From positions 124,001-188,000 of IMG/VR virus record IMGVR_UViG_3300025030_000041: a stretch of DNA of 64,000 bases; one strand, given 5' to 3'. Within the stretch, counting starts at the first letter, position 1; every line of letters begins with the position of its first letter. The notes under the pieces were generated by a model that ran no database searches, had not been told where the DNA came from, and saw only the letters and a program-made list of their open reading frames with translations. The position numbers and the translations under genes are program-made. Below, piece after piece: positions 20,282-30,416 of the stretch.

Positions 20282-21685
20282 TTACTTTTGATTTTTATCT
20301 AATCCATCTTTACTTTCTCCACTCTTTTCAATTTTTAATTTATCAGTTTTTGCATCTGTATAAGACGGATTTTGTCCAAACACAGGCTTAACTTTAGATT
20401 TTTTAAATTCTTCGAAATTCATAACATAGTTTGAATTAGAAGATTTAGAATTAAGTAAAGGATGTTTAAATGATATTTTTTCATCTAAACTTTCCACTTC
20501 ATCTAGCTTTTCTTTAGATTTAACTAAAACTCCATCATCTCCATAATGATATACTATAGTATCTCCAATATGATGATCAAAACTTTCAAAATCATCAACT
20601 AGTACTACAGCAACATAATTATCATCGTCAGAATCATAAAACTCCAAATAATCGGAATAACTAGCTTGACTTCCTATCATATCGTTTTTTAAAGATTCAA
20701 GCGTACCTTTTTTAATAATTTTAACTAATTCATCATTATAGTCTGAACCTACCATTCCAGGTTTAACCTCATCAAATTCCAAGTATATATTTTTAGAATT
20801 TTCATCTATTTTTTCTTCAGTTTCTTCTTCATCTTCTGTATCTAATAGATTTAATAGTGCTTTGGGTTTAGGAGTTTCTTCAGGAGATTTTTTACCTGGT
20901 CTAAATGGATTAACATGAGGTTTACCTTTTTCTTTTTCCTTCTCTTTTTCTTTTGGCTTAACTTCGGGTAATACTTCTACTTCTTCAGTATTAGTTTCAT
21001 CAATAGATTCGGAATTACATTTACATTTTCCTTTTACTATTGTACATTCACATTTTTCACATAATTTATCAATTTTTTCTTCAATTTTTTTCATTTCATC
21101 TAAATAAAAAGTTGTTAAAACTTTATCATCTTTAATTATTTCTAAGTAACCCCCTAAACTTGAATAATATAAATCATAATCACTACCCTTTACAGTCTCA
21201 TCTTCTTCAGGATAATCATATTGTTCTAAAGCTTGCTCTCCATCATTAAGCTCAATATAATTATCTGCAAAATATATTTGATATTCGTCAAATTCATCAT
21301 AATAAGTATTTCCAATATATAAATTAAAATCTTTTATATTTTCAGTAATATTATTTTCATTTAAAAACTTTTCTCTTTTTAAGATACTATATACTCGTTC
21401 AATTGCCTCTAAAACAAATTGTGGCTCTGTACCAAACCTATTTTGATTTCTTAATGCGAACTCAACAATATCGTCAATTGATATATATAGACTTGCATTA
21501 AAAATAAATTCCTCAACATTTTTATCATACTGTGATAATGCTCTCTCTATTTTAGAATATAATTCATCAGATATATCAGAAGACCTACTTGCTATTTCGG
21601 ATAATTGCAATTTAGCAGATTTTAATTCACTTGAATATTGAATTAAAAAGTCAGAATATGATTTCTCATTAATTATAGTTTCCAT
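20282..21685 (-). CDS. acidic putative head-core/internal protein
   Basis: very D/E-rich; Pro/Lys linker EVKPKEKEKEKEKGKPHVNPFRP; many I/LxE sites (IINE, FLNE, IDE, LDE). Confidence 0.5.
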   Translation of the reverse strand: METIINEKSYSDFLIQYSSELKSAKLQLSEIASRSSDISDELYSKIERALSQYDKNVEEFIFNASLYISIDDIVEFALRNQNRFGTEPQFVLEAIERVYSILKREKFLNENNITENIKDFNLYIGNTYYDEFDEYQIYFADNYIELNDGEQALEQYDYPEEDETVKGSDYDLYYSSLGGYLEIIKDDKVLTTFYLDEMKKIEEKIDKLCEKCECTIVKGKCKCNSESIDETNTEEVEVLPEVKPKEKEKEKEKGKPHVNPFRPGKKSPEETPKPKALLNLLDTEDEEETEEKIDENSKNIYLEFDEVKPGMVGSDYNDELVKIIKKGTLESLKNDMIGSQASYSDYLEFYDSDDDNYVAVVLVDDFESFDHHIGDTIVYHYGDDGVLVKSKEKLDEVESLDEKISFKHPLLNSKSSNSNYVMNFEEFKKSKVKPVFGQNPSYTDAKTDKLKIEKSGESKDGLDKNQK

Positions 21686-21708
21686 TTAATAATATTATTT
21701 TTTTTTAT

Positions 21709-23685
21709 TTATTCAATTTTTTTTAGATTATTCCATTCAAATTTATAATTCCCACAATCATACACTCTATAAATATTCCTACTTATCATTATATCATGTT
21801 CAGTCATATTACTGTCATAACCCTCTGCTATCAATTTATCCTTTCTAAAATTAAACCTATGCCTCCTTACTCCATCTACTACATACCAATAATTAGGTCT
21901 GCTGGTACTCACATACTCAAATCCTAATTTAATATACAAGTTATTATCCTTGGCGTTTGTCCAACATCTATTAGCATAACTTATAATTTTAATAGGAGTA
22001 TACTCTTCCACAAAATATTTAAATAGTTTAGACGCTGCACCTATTACACTAGTATTTAACTTATTACAAAACCTTAATAACTCATACTCTCCATTTTTAG
22101 ATACTTGGCCTAAACTTTTTCTTTTATTACCAAATGTCATCAAACTAACTAACTCCTCTCCATAATACAAACCTATATTATATTTACTTACACACTTGCC
22201 CTGCAAATGATTATCTTCTAAAAACTGATTAGACTCTTTAAACGAGACTTCTTTAATTCTACACTTCCTAGAATATATTCTATTAAGAGTCTTATTTAAA
22301 AGGTTAAGTATACGTGATTTAATAATATCTTGCATATAAGTCCAGTCATCTTCCCATATATGAATTAAAGTTATATCATTTTTAATAGCAAGTTCAGTTT
22401 TTGTTAAATGATAGTTTTTATCTCTATATAATTCATTATGCCAATATACTCCATTAAATTCAAATGCTAATTTATAATCAGGTAAATATACGTCAAGTTC
22501 CTTTGGAGAAATAACACTTCTGTCATTAACTGTAATACTTATTAGAGTGTCTATTGATAAAATAAAATCATAAATACTTTTTTGAGAATCAGAGTAACTA
22601 TATACTGGATTACAATGAATACACGGAGTAACTTTATATCTTATTACTCTTAAATATAAAAAATTTAAAAGTATTGAGTACTCATTATTACATTTATCAC
22701 ATAAAATTTTAATATTTCTATTTAAATCTATACTTAGAATATTTAAATTATCATATTTTTCTTTTATTCTAATGATAGATTTTTTTAAATTATTATCTTT
22801 TATTTTATCAGTAATATATTTAGATTTAGTTGGATTATCTACCCCATACTTTTCTATTAAAGACTTTTTTATTTTATCTTTAACTAAACCAAATTGAACA
22901 TTATAGTCAACTTGGTATTTATCATTACATGTATTTTTTCTTTTAATATTTGAAGTTTGTATTTCTTCTTTATCTCTATTTAAATGAGAATTTTTAATTT
23001 TATTTCTTATTTTTTCTGATTGATTCGGATGGCTAACACCATACTTTTTAATAGAAGTATTTTTAATTTTATCTCTAATTTCTTTAGATTGAGAAATATA
23101 TTCTACTCCGCGTCTTTCTAAATTAGTTTTTTTAATTTTTTCTTTAACTTTTTCTAATTGAAAGACATTATCTATTCCATATTTTTGTTTTATTTTTAGT
23201 CTAATTTCGTCTTTGCTCTTATTAAATGGATGGTCAGTTTTTGTTTTACCATTCTTATAAGCAACTTCCCATGGAGAGTTACCTCCATTTTTTTTCATAG
23301 TTTCTTTTTTAAGTAGAATCGTTTCTTCATTAATTACGCATTGTGAACAACAATACTTTCTATACCCAATTGAAATATTTCTATAATCAACAATATTATT
23401 ACATTCTTTATTATTACATTTAATTATAGAAGTTATATCATTTATATAATGATATAATAATTGATTAAAATATTTATCATTTCTTAATAAACTTTCCAAA
23501 CTATTTTTAATACTGTAATTTAAAACTTCTAAATATAAATTAAAATAATTTTTCTTTATATATTTTTCAGTACATCTGGACGCTGGCCTATCTAATATAA
23601 AATCTATTATACCATTATACGAATCTTTAGGTTTTTCTGTAAAAACATTTTCTTCTAAAAGACTAATAACTTTATTTTTATCCAT
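21709..23685 (-). CDS. Hef-like homing endonuclease
   Basis: Cys clusters, KYGVxN repeats, ELDVYLPDYKLAFEFNGVYWH nuclease motif, C-terminal FLEDNHLQG...YELLRFC domain; free-standing downstream of tail tube. Confidence 0.75.
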   Translation of the reverse strand: MDKNKVISLLEENVFTEKPKDSYNGIIDFILDRPASRCTEKYIKKNYFNLYLEVLNYSIKNSLESLLRNDKYFNQLLYHYINDITSIIKCNNKECNNIVDYRNISIGYRKYCCSQCVINEETILLKKETMKKNGGNSPWEVAYKNGKTKTDHPFNKSKDEIRLKIKQKYGIDNVFQLEKVKEKIKKTNLERRGVEYISQSKEIRDKIKNTSIKKYGVSHPNQSEKIRNKIKNSHLNRDKEEIQTSNIKRKNTCNDKYQVDYNVQFGLVKDKIKKSLIEKYGVDNPTKSKYITDKIKDNNLKKSIIRIKEKYDNLNILSIDLNRNIKILCDKCNNEYSILLNFLYLRVIRYKVTPCIHCNPVYSYSDSQKSIYDFILSIDTLISITVNDRSVISPKELDVYLPDYKLAFEFNGVYWHNELYRDKNYHLTKTELAIKNDITLIHIWEDDWTYMQDIIKSRILNLLNKTLNRIYSRKCRIKEVSFKESNQFLEDNHLQGKCVSKYNIGLYYGEELVSLMTFGNKRKSLGQVSKNGEYELLRFCNKLNTSVIGAASKLFKYFVEEYTPIKIISYANRCWTNAKDNNLYIKLGFEYVSTSRPNYWYVVDGVRRHRFNFRKDKLIAEGYDSNMTEHDIMISRNIYRVYDCGNYKFEWNNLKKIE

Positions 23686-23703
23686 TTCTGTATTTGCTAA
23701 ACT

Positions 23704-23731
23704 AAAAGAGCTGCATTATGCAGCTCTTTTT
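23704..23731 (-). terminator. intrinsic terminator after tail tube gene
   Basis: AAAAGAGCTGCA-TTA-TGCAGCTCTTTT perfect 12-bp stem. Confidence 0.8.
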
Positions 23732-23758
23732 ATATTAAAAAGAATTAGTTTTGTTTTT

Positions 23759-24319
23759 TTATGGTTTTCTTATTTCTGTCCAAGAGTCTGCTCTTAATGA
23801 TAAGTCTAATGCATAAAGTTCTTCTGAATTATAATCTAAAGCCATAGGATTAAATTTTTCATTTAATATAACGGGACTAAATTTAAATTCTCTAAAAATA
23901 TCTCCGTTTTTGTTGTGTATAGCAATATAACATTCTCCGGCATAATCTTTTTTAAGTCCTTGTGATCCTGTCTCAGGGTCAAATTGAATATCTGCCCATT
24001 TACGTAGTATATTATATACGTACATACTATTATTATCGTTTAAGTTAACGGTGAAGTTAATTTTAAGATCTGCTGTAGTATTTTCAGGTTTAGACTTAGC
24101 ATATGACCTAGTCGAGAATTTATATTTTTGTTCAACGACTCCAACTGGCGTAATTTCAGGTAGTCCTTCTATTTTTAGAACGTGTTCAACTAAAATTTCA
24201 GATCCTGCTGAAACTGTAGCCGGAGGAGTTATAATAACTTGAAATTGATTTAAAAATACAGGTTCGTAGTTTTTTACACTAGCTGTTGAATTTTTAAAAT
24301 GTGGTAAGCCTGATGCCAT
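23759..24319 (-). CDS. tail tube protein (T4 gp19-like)
   Basis: 186 aa; YEPVFLNQFQV, INFTVNLND, LRKWADIQFDPETG..G.KKDY tube signature. Confidence 0.8.
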   Translation of the reverse strand: MASGLPHFKNSTASVKNYEPVFLNQFQVIITPPATVSAGSEILVEHVLKIEGLPEITPVGVVEQKYKFSTRSYAKSKPENTTADLKINFTVNLNDNNSMYVYNILRKWADIQFDPETGSQGLKKDYAGECYIAIHNKNGDIFREFKFSPVILNEKFNPMALDYNSEELYALDLSLRADSWTEIRKP

Positions 24320-24375
24320 CTATATAGTATTATTTTTAGTTATTTATTTTATTTATTTATTCAAAAAAAAAACTT

Positions 24376-25011
24376 TTAAACATAAACGTCTTCTTTTACA
24401 TCAATTACTTCTATTACTTCTTTTTTTGTAAATTTCTTTGTATTATTAGAACAATCAAACCATCCATTAATTGTAGTAGGAGCTCCTTCAAGACTAGTTA
24501 AATAATTATAAGAACAATCAAAACCTCCATTAACTGTAACAGGGGCTCCTTCAAGACTAGTTAACTTATTATTAGAACAATAAAAATATCCATTAACTGT
24601 AACAGGAGCTCCTTCAAGACTAGTTAACTTATTATAAAAACATGAAAAATATCCATTAACCGTCATAGGAGCTCCTTCTAGACTAGTTAAGTTAGTATTA
24701 GAACAATCAAAATTTCCAACTACTTCTTCTATATTTAGCTCTCTTAAATCGTTTATTTCCTTTATTCTAACATTACTAATTATGACTTTAATATTCTTAA
24801 AGTCTTCTATATTATTTTTAGTTATAAGCATATCTTTATTAAAAGGTTTAGCAATAAATATTTGTTCTTTGGTATAGCCTTTATTTAGGTAAGGAAGTAA
24901 CAGGTCATCCCAACGTTCTTTAAGTCTTCTAGGTATAAATATATCTTTAGCACTAAGTTTAGGAGTTTCTTCTTCAGATATAAATTGTTCAAACAGCTTC
25001 ATATGTTTCAT
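24376..25011 (-). CDS. capsid-targeted LRR protein, paralogue 5 (4 repeats)
   Basis: family core and repeats. Confidence 0.85.
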   Translation of the reverse strand: MKHMKLFEQFISEEETPKLSAKDIFIPRRLKERWDDLLLPYLNKGYTKEQIFIAKPFNKDMLITKNNIEDFKNIKVIISNVRIKEINDLRELNIEEVVGNFDCSNTNLTSLEGAPMTVNGYFSCFYNKLTSLEGAPVTVNGYFYCSNNKLTSLEGAPVTVNGGFDCSYNYLTSLEGAPTTINGWFDCSNNTKKFTKKEVIEVIDVKEDVYV

Positions 25012-25016
25012 TATTT

Positions 25017-25343
25017 TTATGAATTTATTTGAGTAGAAGTATCTATTGTTTGCGATGTATCTGACAATTTTACAACTTCGTCTGATACAGATGGTCCAGT
25101 TGATAATTTGCGTACACCTAATAATGATGCTCCTAATGTTATTATACCAGATGAGTAAAAAATTATGTCGTTTTTATTACTTATATATGAAAAATCTATG
25201 CATCCATATATAAAGCATAATAGTCCTATTAAGATTGTAATAACTCCACATACTCCAGTAGAACTAGTTTTTCCATCGGAATTAGACAGCATTTGTTGCC
25301 AGCTAAATTTATTAATATTTTCTTTTAAATCTTCAATTGTCAT
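25017..25343 (-). CDS. two-TM membrane protein (holin-like)
   Basis: SNSDGKTSS followed by two hydrophobic helices. Confidence 0.5.
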   Translation of the reverse strand: MTIEDLKENINKFSWQQMLSNSDGKTSSTGVCGVITILIGLLCFIYGCIDFSYISNKNDIIFYSSGIITLGASLLGVRKLSTGPSVSDEVVKLSDTSQTIDTSTQINS

Positions 25344-25350
25344 TTTTTAT

Positions 25351-25533
25351 TTATATTTTTATTTCTCCTCTATATATAATTTGATTAAAATCGCTCATAT
25401 GGTCTATTACGAATCGTTTAGCAGAATCTTCAGATTTAAAATATAAAAAATCATATTTATCTATTACTCCAATAAGATAATTAATTTTTACTTCATATCT
25501 ATAGTTATCATCAGACTTATATGTATAATCCAT
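25351..25533 (-). CDS. hypothetical protein
   Basis: 60-aa ORF filling an operon gap. Confidence 0.5.
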   Translation of the reverse strand: MDYTYKSDDNYRYEVKINYLIGVIDKYDFLYFKSEDSAKRFVIDHMSDFNQIIYRGEIKI

Positions 25534-25545
25534 ATTATTTAATTT

Positions 25546-26175
25546 TTATTTAGGAGGGGTAGTCGCTGCTTCTTTTTTTCTATCTATTACTCCATAAATT
25601 ATTTTACTTCCTTTTTTAAAGTCTTGAATACTCCTAAATCTAAAAAATGTGGATCCTTCTACTACTATTGCAGTATAAGAAATTTTTGAATTTCCTAATT
25701 CAGTTTTAGCTTTAGATATATTTTGTGGATTTATTAATTCAATTTGTAATTGATTTGTTGTATCATCTGCTTCATTTAATGGAAATGTAAAGTATATAAT
25801 ATACACGTCACCAGATCTCCAATTATCAGAGTATAGTATGCCATCTAATTCGTCTTTATCAGAATCATCTAAGTTTCTCCATTTTTCTATTTTATAATTT
25901 CCTTTTTTAAATCCAATTGGTGAATCCCTTTCCATATTTCCAACTGAATATCCTTCGTCTTTTAAGTATTTTCTTGCATCATAAAATGCTTGAAAATCAG
26001 TTTCTCCTTTATCTACTTTTTCGGCTAATGCTACGTTTCTATTTTCGATTCCAAAATCATTTTTAATTAAATCAATATCAGATACTTTTTTATTAATGAA
26101 ATCATATAAGGTTTCATTTTTAATACTTACTAAATTTTCTTGTATAAATTCTTCAAATAATTTTATAAATTTCAT
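25546..26175 (-). CDS. capsid-targeted hypothetical protein
   Basis: MKFIKLFEEFIQE; alternative upstream ATG (26205) overlaps the LRR-6 stop. Confidence 0.7.
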   Translation of the reverse strand: MKFIKLFEEFIQENLVSIKNETLYDFINKKVSDIDLIKNDFGIENRNVALAEKVDKGETDFQAFYDARKYLKDEGYSVGNMERDSPIGFKKGNYKIEKWRNLDDSDKDELDGILYSDNWRSGDVYIIYFTFPLNEADDTTNQLQIELINPQNISKAKTELGNSKISYTAIVVEGSTFFRFRSIQDFKKGSKIIYGVIDRKKEAATTPPK

Positions 26176-26197
26176 ATTTTTATTTTTATTTTTATTT

Positions 26198-26833
26198 TTA
26201 AACATAAACCTTTCCTTTTACATCAATTACTTCTCTTACTTCTTTTTCTGTAAATTTCTTTGTATTATTAGAACAATCAAACCATCCATTAATTGTAGTA
26301 GGAGCTCCTTCAAGACTAGTTAGTTTATTCGTATTACAATCAAAATATCCATTAAATGTAGCAGGAGCTCCTTCAAGACTAGTTATATTATTAATAAAAC
26401 AATAATAACTTCCCTTAGCTATAGTAGGACCCCCTTCAAGACTATTTAACTTATTATTAGAACAATAAAAACCTCCATTAACTGTAGTAGGAGATCCTTC
26501 AAGACTAGTTAAACTATTATTAGAACAATAAAAAAAACCAGTTACTTCGTCTATATCTAGCCCACTCAAATAAGTTATTTCATGTATTCTAACGTTACCT
26601 ATTATAACTTTAATATTCTTAAAGTCTTCTATATTATTTTTAGTTATAAGCATATCTTTATTAAAAGGTTTAGCGACAAATATTTGTTCTTTAGTATAAC
26701 CTTTATTTAGGTAAGGAAGTAACAGGTCATCCCAACGTTCTTTAAGTCTTCTAGGTATAAATATATCTTTAGCACTAAGTTTAGGAGTTTCTTCTTCAGA
26801 TATAAACTGCTCAAAAAGTTTTATATGTTTCAT
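26198..26833 (-). CDS. capsid-targeted LRR protein, paralogue 6 (4 repeats)
   Basis: family core; N- and C-terminal blocks nearly identical to paralogue 5. Confidence 0.85.
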   Translation of the reverse strand: MKHIKLFEQFISEEETPKLSAKDIFIPRRLKERWDDLLLPYLNKGYTKEQIFVAKPFNKDMLITKNNIEDFKNIKVIIGNVRIHEITYLSGLDIDEVTGFFYCSNNSLTSLEGSPTTVNGGFYCSNNKLNSLEGGPTIAKGSYYCFINNITSLEGAPATFNGYFDCNTNKLTSLEGAPTTINGWFDCSNNTKKFTEKEVREVIDVKGKVYV

Positions 26834-27525
26834 TTTAATTCGTCTTGATTTAAATCTAGTACTTTATTAAAATTGTCATTTGATATTAACACAACTTTCA
26901 TAGGCTGGTTATTAGTATATTCTAAGTAATTTAATTTTGGGAATGCTATAAATTTAATATCATTATATTCAAACAAAAATGGGGATTCAATTTGTTCTTT
27001 AAATATATCAGATCCTGATGGTAATGTAATACTAGTTTTTTTAGATTTTACCCCTATATTTTTAGCAAAAAACTCTACAATATTTTTATTTGAAGTTTCA
27101 GTAAATATTAATAGACTATTAATATTCGTTTCTAAAGTTTTTAAAAGACTTGGGAATAATGTATTGTTTAAATAAGTAAAATATTGTTGTTCTTTAAGTA
27201 TATTTTCAGCTTGCTTAATTGATTCATCATCTTTAGTGTCATTCGCAGGCTCAGCTTCATTAATGAATGATAAAAAATCTTTAGTATATTGTTCATCTAT
27301 TTTATAAGTAAACCAGTTTGATTTTTCATTTAATTTAATACCAAATAATGATTTATTATTATAATTTATAGTTGAAATATAAAATTTTTTATTATTTGTT
27401 AGTTCTATTAATCTTATAGATTCTTTATTATTTTCTTTTATTAAAGAAATATTTTTTATTCTATTAGGTAAAATATTATTAGAATATAAAAAATTAGAGA
27501 TTATAGTATTTAATTGTCTTTCCAT
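26830..27525 (-). CDS. hypothetical protein
   Basis: 231-aa ORF coupled by ATGA overlap. Confidence 0.6.
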   Translation of the reverse strand: MERQLNTIISNFLYSNNILPNRIKNISLIKENNKESIRLIELTNNKKFYISTINYNNKSLFGIKLNEKSNWFTYKIDEQYTKDFLSFINEAEPANDTKDDESIKQAENILKEQQYFTYLNNTLFPSLLKTLETNINSLLIFTETSNKNIVEFFAKNIGVKSKKTSITLPSGSDIFKEQIESPFLFEYNDIKFIAFPKLNYLEYTNNQPMKVVLISNDNFNKVLDLNQDELK

Positions 27526-27825
27526 TTAATTTAATTTATTTTGAATAAAATATGTTATTTTAATACTACCATCAGCTTGAGTATCTATATCAAATAATTC
27601 AGTATCCCATAGATCTCCTAGGACATCATTCATTAGTTCTATGGTTAAAGTATCTTCTGGAATAACATTATACACATAATTTCCATCTGTAGTTACTCCA
27701 TCATATTCTATATCTCTAGCATGTTCTTTAAAGGTATTCCATAATATTTTTTTAATTTCATCTGGGTGATACTCTTCAAATTCATTAATAAATTCCTCAA
27801 ATATTTTAATGTGTTTCATTTTCAT
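27526..27825 (-). CDS. capsid-targeted small acidic protein
   Basis: MKHIKIFEEFINE. Confidence 0.7.
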   Translation of the reverse strand: MKMKHIKIFEEFINEFEEYHPDEIKKILWNTFKEHARDIEYDGVTTDGNYVYNVIPEDTLTIELMNDVLGDLWDTELFDIDTQADGSIKITYFIQNKLN

Positions 27826-28520
27826 GTATAAACTCCACCTTTTACTTTAACAGCGTTTCTCACTTCTTTTTCTGTAAATACTTTACTATTATAAGTAATA
27901 GTAAAATTTCCACCAACAATAGTAGGAGCTCCTTCTAGACTAATTAACATATTATCAGAACAATGAAAATTTCCAGTAACTGTAGTAGGAGCTCCTTCTA
28001 GACTAATTAACATATTATCAGAACAATGAAAATTTTCATTAACTGTAGTAGGAGCTCCTTCTAGACTAGTTAATTTATTATTAAAACAATAAAAATCTCC
28101 ATTAACTATAATAGGGCTTCCTTCAAGACTAGTTAATTTATTATTAAAACAATAAAAATCTCCATTAACTATAATAGGGCTTCCTTCAAGACTAGTTAGC
28201 TTATTATTAGAACAATTAAAATATCCAGTTACTTCTTCTATACCTAGTGCTCTCAGATCAGTTATTTCTTTTATTCTAACACCACCTATTATTACTTTAA
28301 TATTTTTAAAGTCTTCTATATTATCTTTAGTTATAATAATAGGTTCATTAAATGGTTTAGCAACAAGTATTTGTTCTTTGGTATAACCTTTATTTAGGTA
28401 AGGAATGAGCAAATCATCCCATCTTTCTTTAAGCCTCCTAGGTATAAATATATCTTTAGCGCTAGGCTTAGGAGTTTCTTCTTCAGATATGAATTGTTCA
28501 AAAAGTTTTATATATTTCAT
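27822..28520 (-). CDS. capsid-targeted LRR protein, paralogue 7 (5 repeats)
   Basis: family core; two pairs of near-identical 63-bp repeats. Confidence 0.85.
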   Translation of the reverse strand: MKYIKLFEQFISEEETPKPSAKDIFIPRRLKERWDDLLIPYLNKGYTKEQILVAKPFNEPIIITKDNIEDFKNIKVIIGGVRIKEITDLRALGIEEVTGYFNCSNNKLTSLEGSPIIVNGDFYCFNNKLTSLEGSPIIVNGDFYCFNNKLTSLEGAPTTVNENFHCSDNMLISLEGAPTTVTGNFHCSDNMLISLEGAPTIVGGNFTITYNSKVFTEKEVRNAVKVKGGVYT

Positions 28521-28981
28521 TTTCCTCCAATGTGATCTCCTATTATTGCTCCAACTGAGGCATTAAATAATCTACTTGTTAATAGGTCATATAAAATACC
28601 TTTTTCAATTCCTAGAGCTTTTGATATAGCTTTACCAATCCATGGTCCAGCAATAAACCCTGTTACGCCTCCTACTAATTTAGATATTATGCCTTCGTCT
28701 AATTTAGAAATTTCAGGATCCTTTTTTAGTTCTTCTAGTAGTTTAGTTTCTATTTCTTTATAGATACATAAAATGTCTTCATCATTTAATGATTCTTTAG
28801 TATTTTCATTAATTTTATAAATAATACTAATATTTTCTGCAATTCTAAGTATATTAGAAACAATTAGGTCTTTATTATCAATGAAGATAATTGTATCATC
28901 CAATTCCTCTAAAATATTTGCAGATATTATTTCTTTATCTAAAATAATAGTTTCTACTATACAGTCATTAAATAATTTCAT
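28517..28981 (-). CDS. hypothetical protein with Gly-rich amphipathic C-terminus
   Basis: KLDEGIISKLVGGVTGFIAGPWIGKAISKALGI; start moved to ATG 28981. Confidence 0.55.
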   Translation of the reverse strand: MKLFNDCIVETIILDKEIISANILEELDDTIIFIDNKDLIVSNILRIAENISIIYKINENTKESLNDEDILCIYKEIETKLLEELKKDPEISKLDEGIISKLVGGVTGFIAGPWIGKAISKALGIEKGILYDLLTSRLFNASVGAIIGDHIGGK

Positions 28982-28985
28982 ATTA

Positions 28986-29612
28986 TTATTTATATAAATT
29001 ATGTAGTTTTTCTTTAGCATTTTTTAATTTATGCTTATCCTCACTAGATAGTTTCGTGCCTGCTCTATTAATATAATAATTTAGTCTAGACATTGCTTGT
29101 TTTAGGCTATCCGATTCTTTCTTAAGATATTTAGCTATTTCAATTGCATTTTTTGTAAAAATTCCTTCTTTAGGCTCCCATTTAGTTTTAACTTTTCCAG
29201 ACCATTTCTTTTCAAATACATGTTTTTCATTTAATTTAAGTGATTCGTCATAAGTAACTTCTTCCCAAGATATAATTTCTTTTAATATTCTTTCATAAAT
29301 AAGACCAGTTAATCGATCTTCTATAGTTACTGATTTTGGTCCTTTTTCATTATCAAGTTTAATATCTTTTGCTGCTTTTAATGCATCATCAATTGATGTA
29401 TATTCACCGATAACTGTAATTCCAGAGTTATCTTCATAATACTCTGAGTCAATATCTAAAAATGTATTACTAACACTAACCCAAAACATATTAGGTTCTT
29501 TATCATCCCCTACCATCTCTTTTGCATTTTTAGCAGCTTCTGTATTTTCAGTATAGTTAGCATAGGATTCATTTACAGATTTCCAGTCAGAATATTTTTT
29601 AATATAATTCAT
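28986..29612 (-). CDS. capsid-targeted hypothetical protein
   Basis: MNYIKKYSDWKSVNE variant of the motif; KLNE internal site. Confidence 0.65.
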   Translation of the reverse strand: MNYIKKYSDWKSVNESYANYTENTEAAKNAKEMVGDDKEPNMFWVSVSNTFLDIDSEYYEDNSGITVIGEYTSIDDALKAAKDIKLDNEKGPKSVTIEDRLTGLIYERILKEIISWEEVTYDESLKLNEKHVFEKKWSGKVKTKWEPKEGIFTKNAIEIAKYLKKESDSLKQAMSRLNYYINRAGTKLSSEDKHKLKNAKEKLHNLYK

Positions 29613-29630
29613 TTTAAATTTTTGTTTTTT

Positions 29631-29930
29631 TTATTTATTTTGAAATTCATTTAGTATTTTTAAGTTATTATGTAATTTTTCACATAGAGACATAAAATCG
29701 GGTCTTTCATTTTCTATTAAATAAAACCATTCTCCATTTATTTTGTGGTGTTTCCATATTCTATGAAAAAACCCTTCTAAATTCCTTGCATATTTACTTT
29801 TAAATGTTGAAATTACTTCAATTTTATTTGGACATCCAGTTTGTAAATTTTTTAATCTTGACTCTAAATCTCGAGTAATCCCAATTTTATAATTATCAGT
29901 TTGGTCTTGTCTTAGTAAATAAATTAGCAT
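29631..29930 (-). CDS. GIY-YIG superfamily (T5orf172/MUG113-like) protein
   Basis: IYLL..YKIGITRDLESRLKNLQTG...E..FH...GEWF. Confidence 0.8.
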   Translation of the reverse strand: MLIYLLRQDQTDNYKIGITRDLESRLKNLQTGCPNKIEVISTFKSKYARNLEGFFHRIWKHHKINGEWFYLIENERPDFMSLCEKLHNNLKILNEFQNK

Positions 29931-30211
29931 TACTTTGTTAATTCAAAATATTTTTCACCAGAATCTATTTTATAACCAGATTTTTCTAGAAAATACTTCC
30001 ATTCATTAGGATTATGACTTTTTAAAAAATCTTTTAGCTGAGCAATTTCATCTTCGATGTATATATCATATATTGTAAAATTAATTGATGAATCTAAATT
30101 TGAACCAATAAATAGGAGGTTATTATCCGGAGAATATAAAATACCTATAGTTTCATCCAAAAAATTCTTTTCTTGTTCAACTATGTAATCTTTAAATGAT
30201 TGAATTTTCAT
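29930..30211 (-). CDS. capsid-targeted small protein
   Basis: MKIQSFKDYIVE. Confidence 0.6.
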   Translation of the reverse strand: MKIQSFKDYIVEQEKNFLDETIGILYSPDNNLLFIGSNLDSSINFTIYDIYIEDEIAQLKDFLKSHNPNEWKYFLEKSGYKIDSGEKYFELTK

Positions 30212-30416
30212 ATTAAAATGTTTATTTAACTCTAATTTATTTATTTATTCAAAATGTGTTAATCCATTTGTATTAAATAATAGTAATTGGTTTCTTTACT
30301 TATACTTATAGTAGTGTGTAAATGATAAACAATAGAGTTAAAACAATTTAGCTATAAAAACATACATAAAGTATATATTAACTTAAAAATGGTGAGCCTT
30401 TAATACTTTAAATTTA

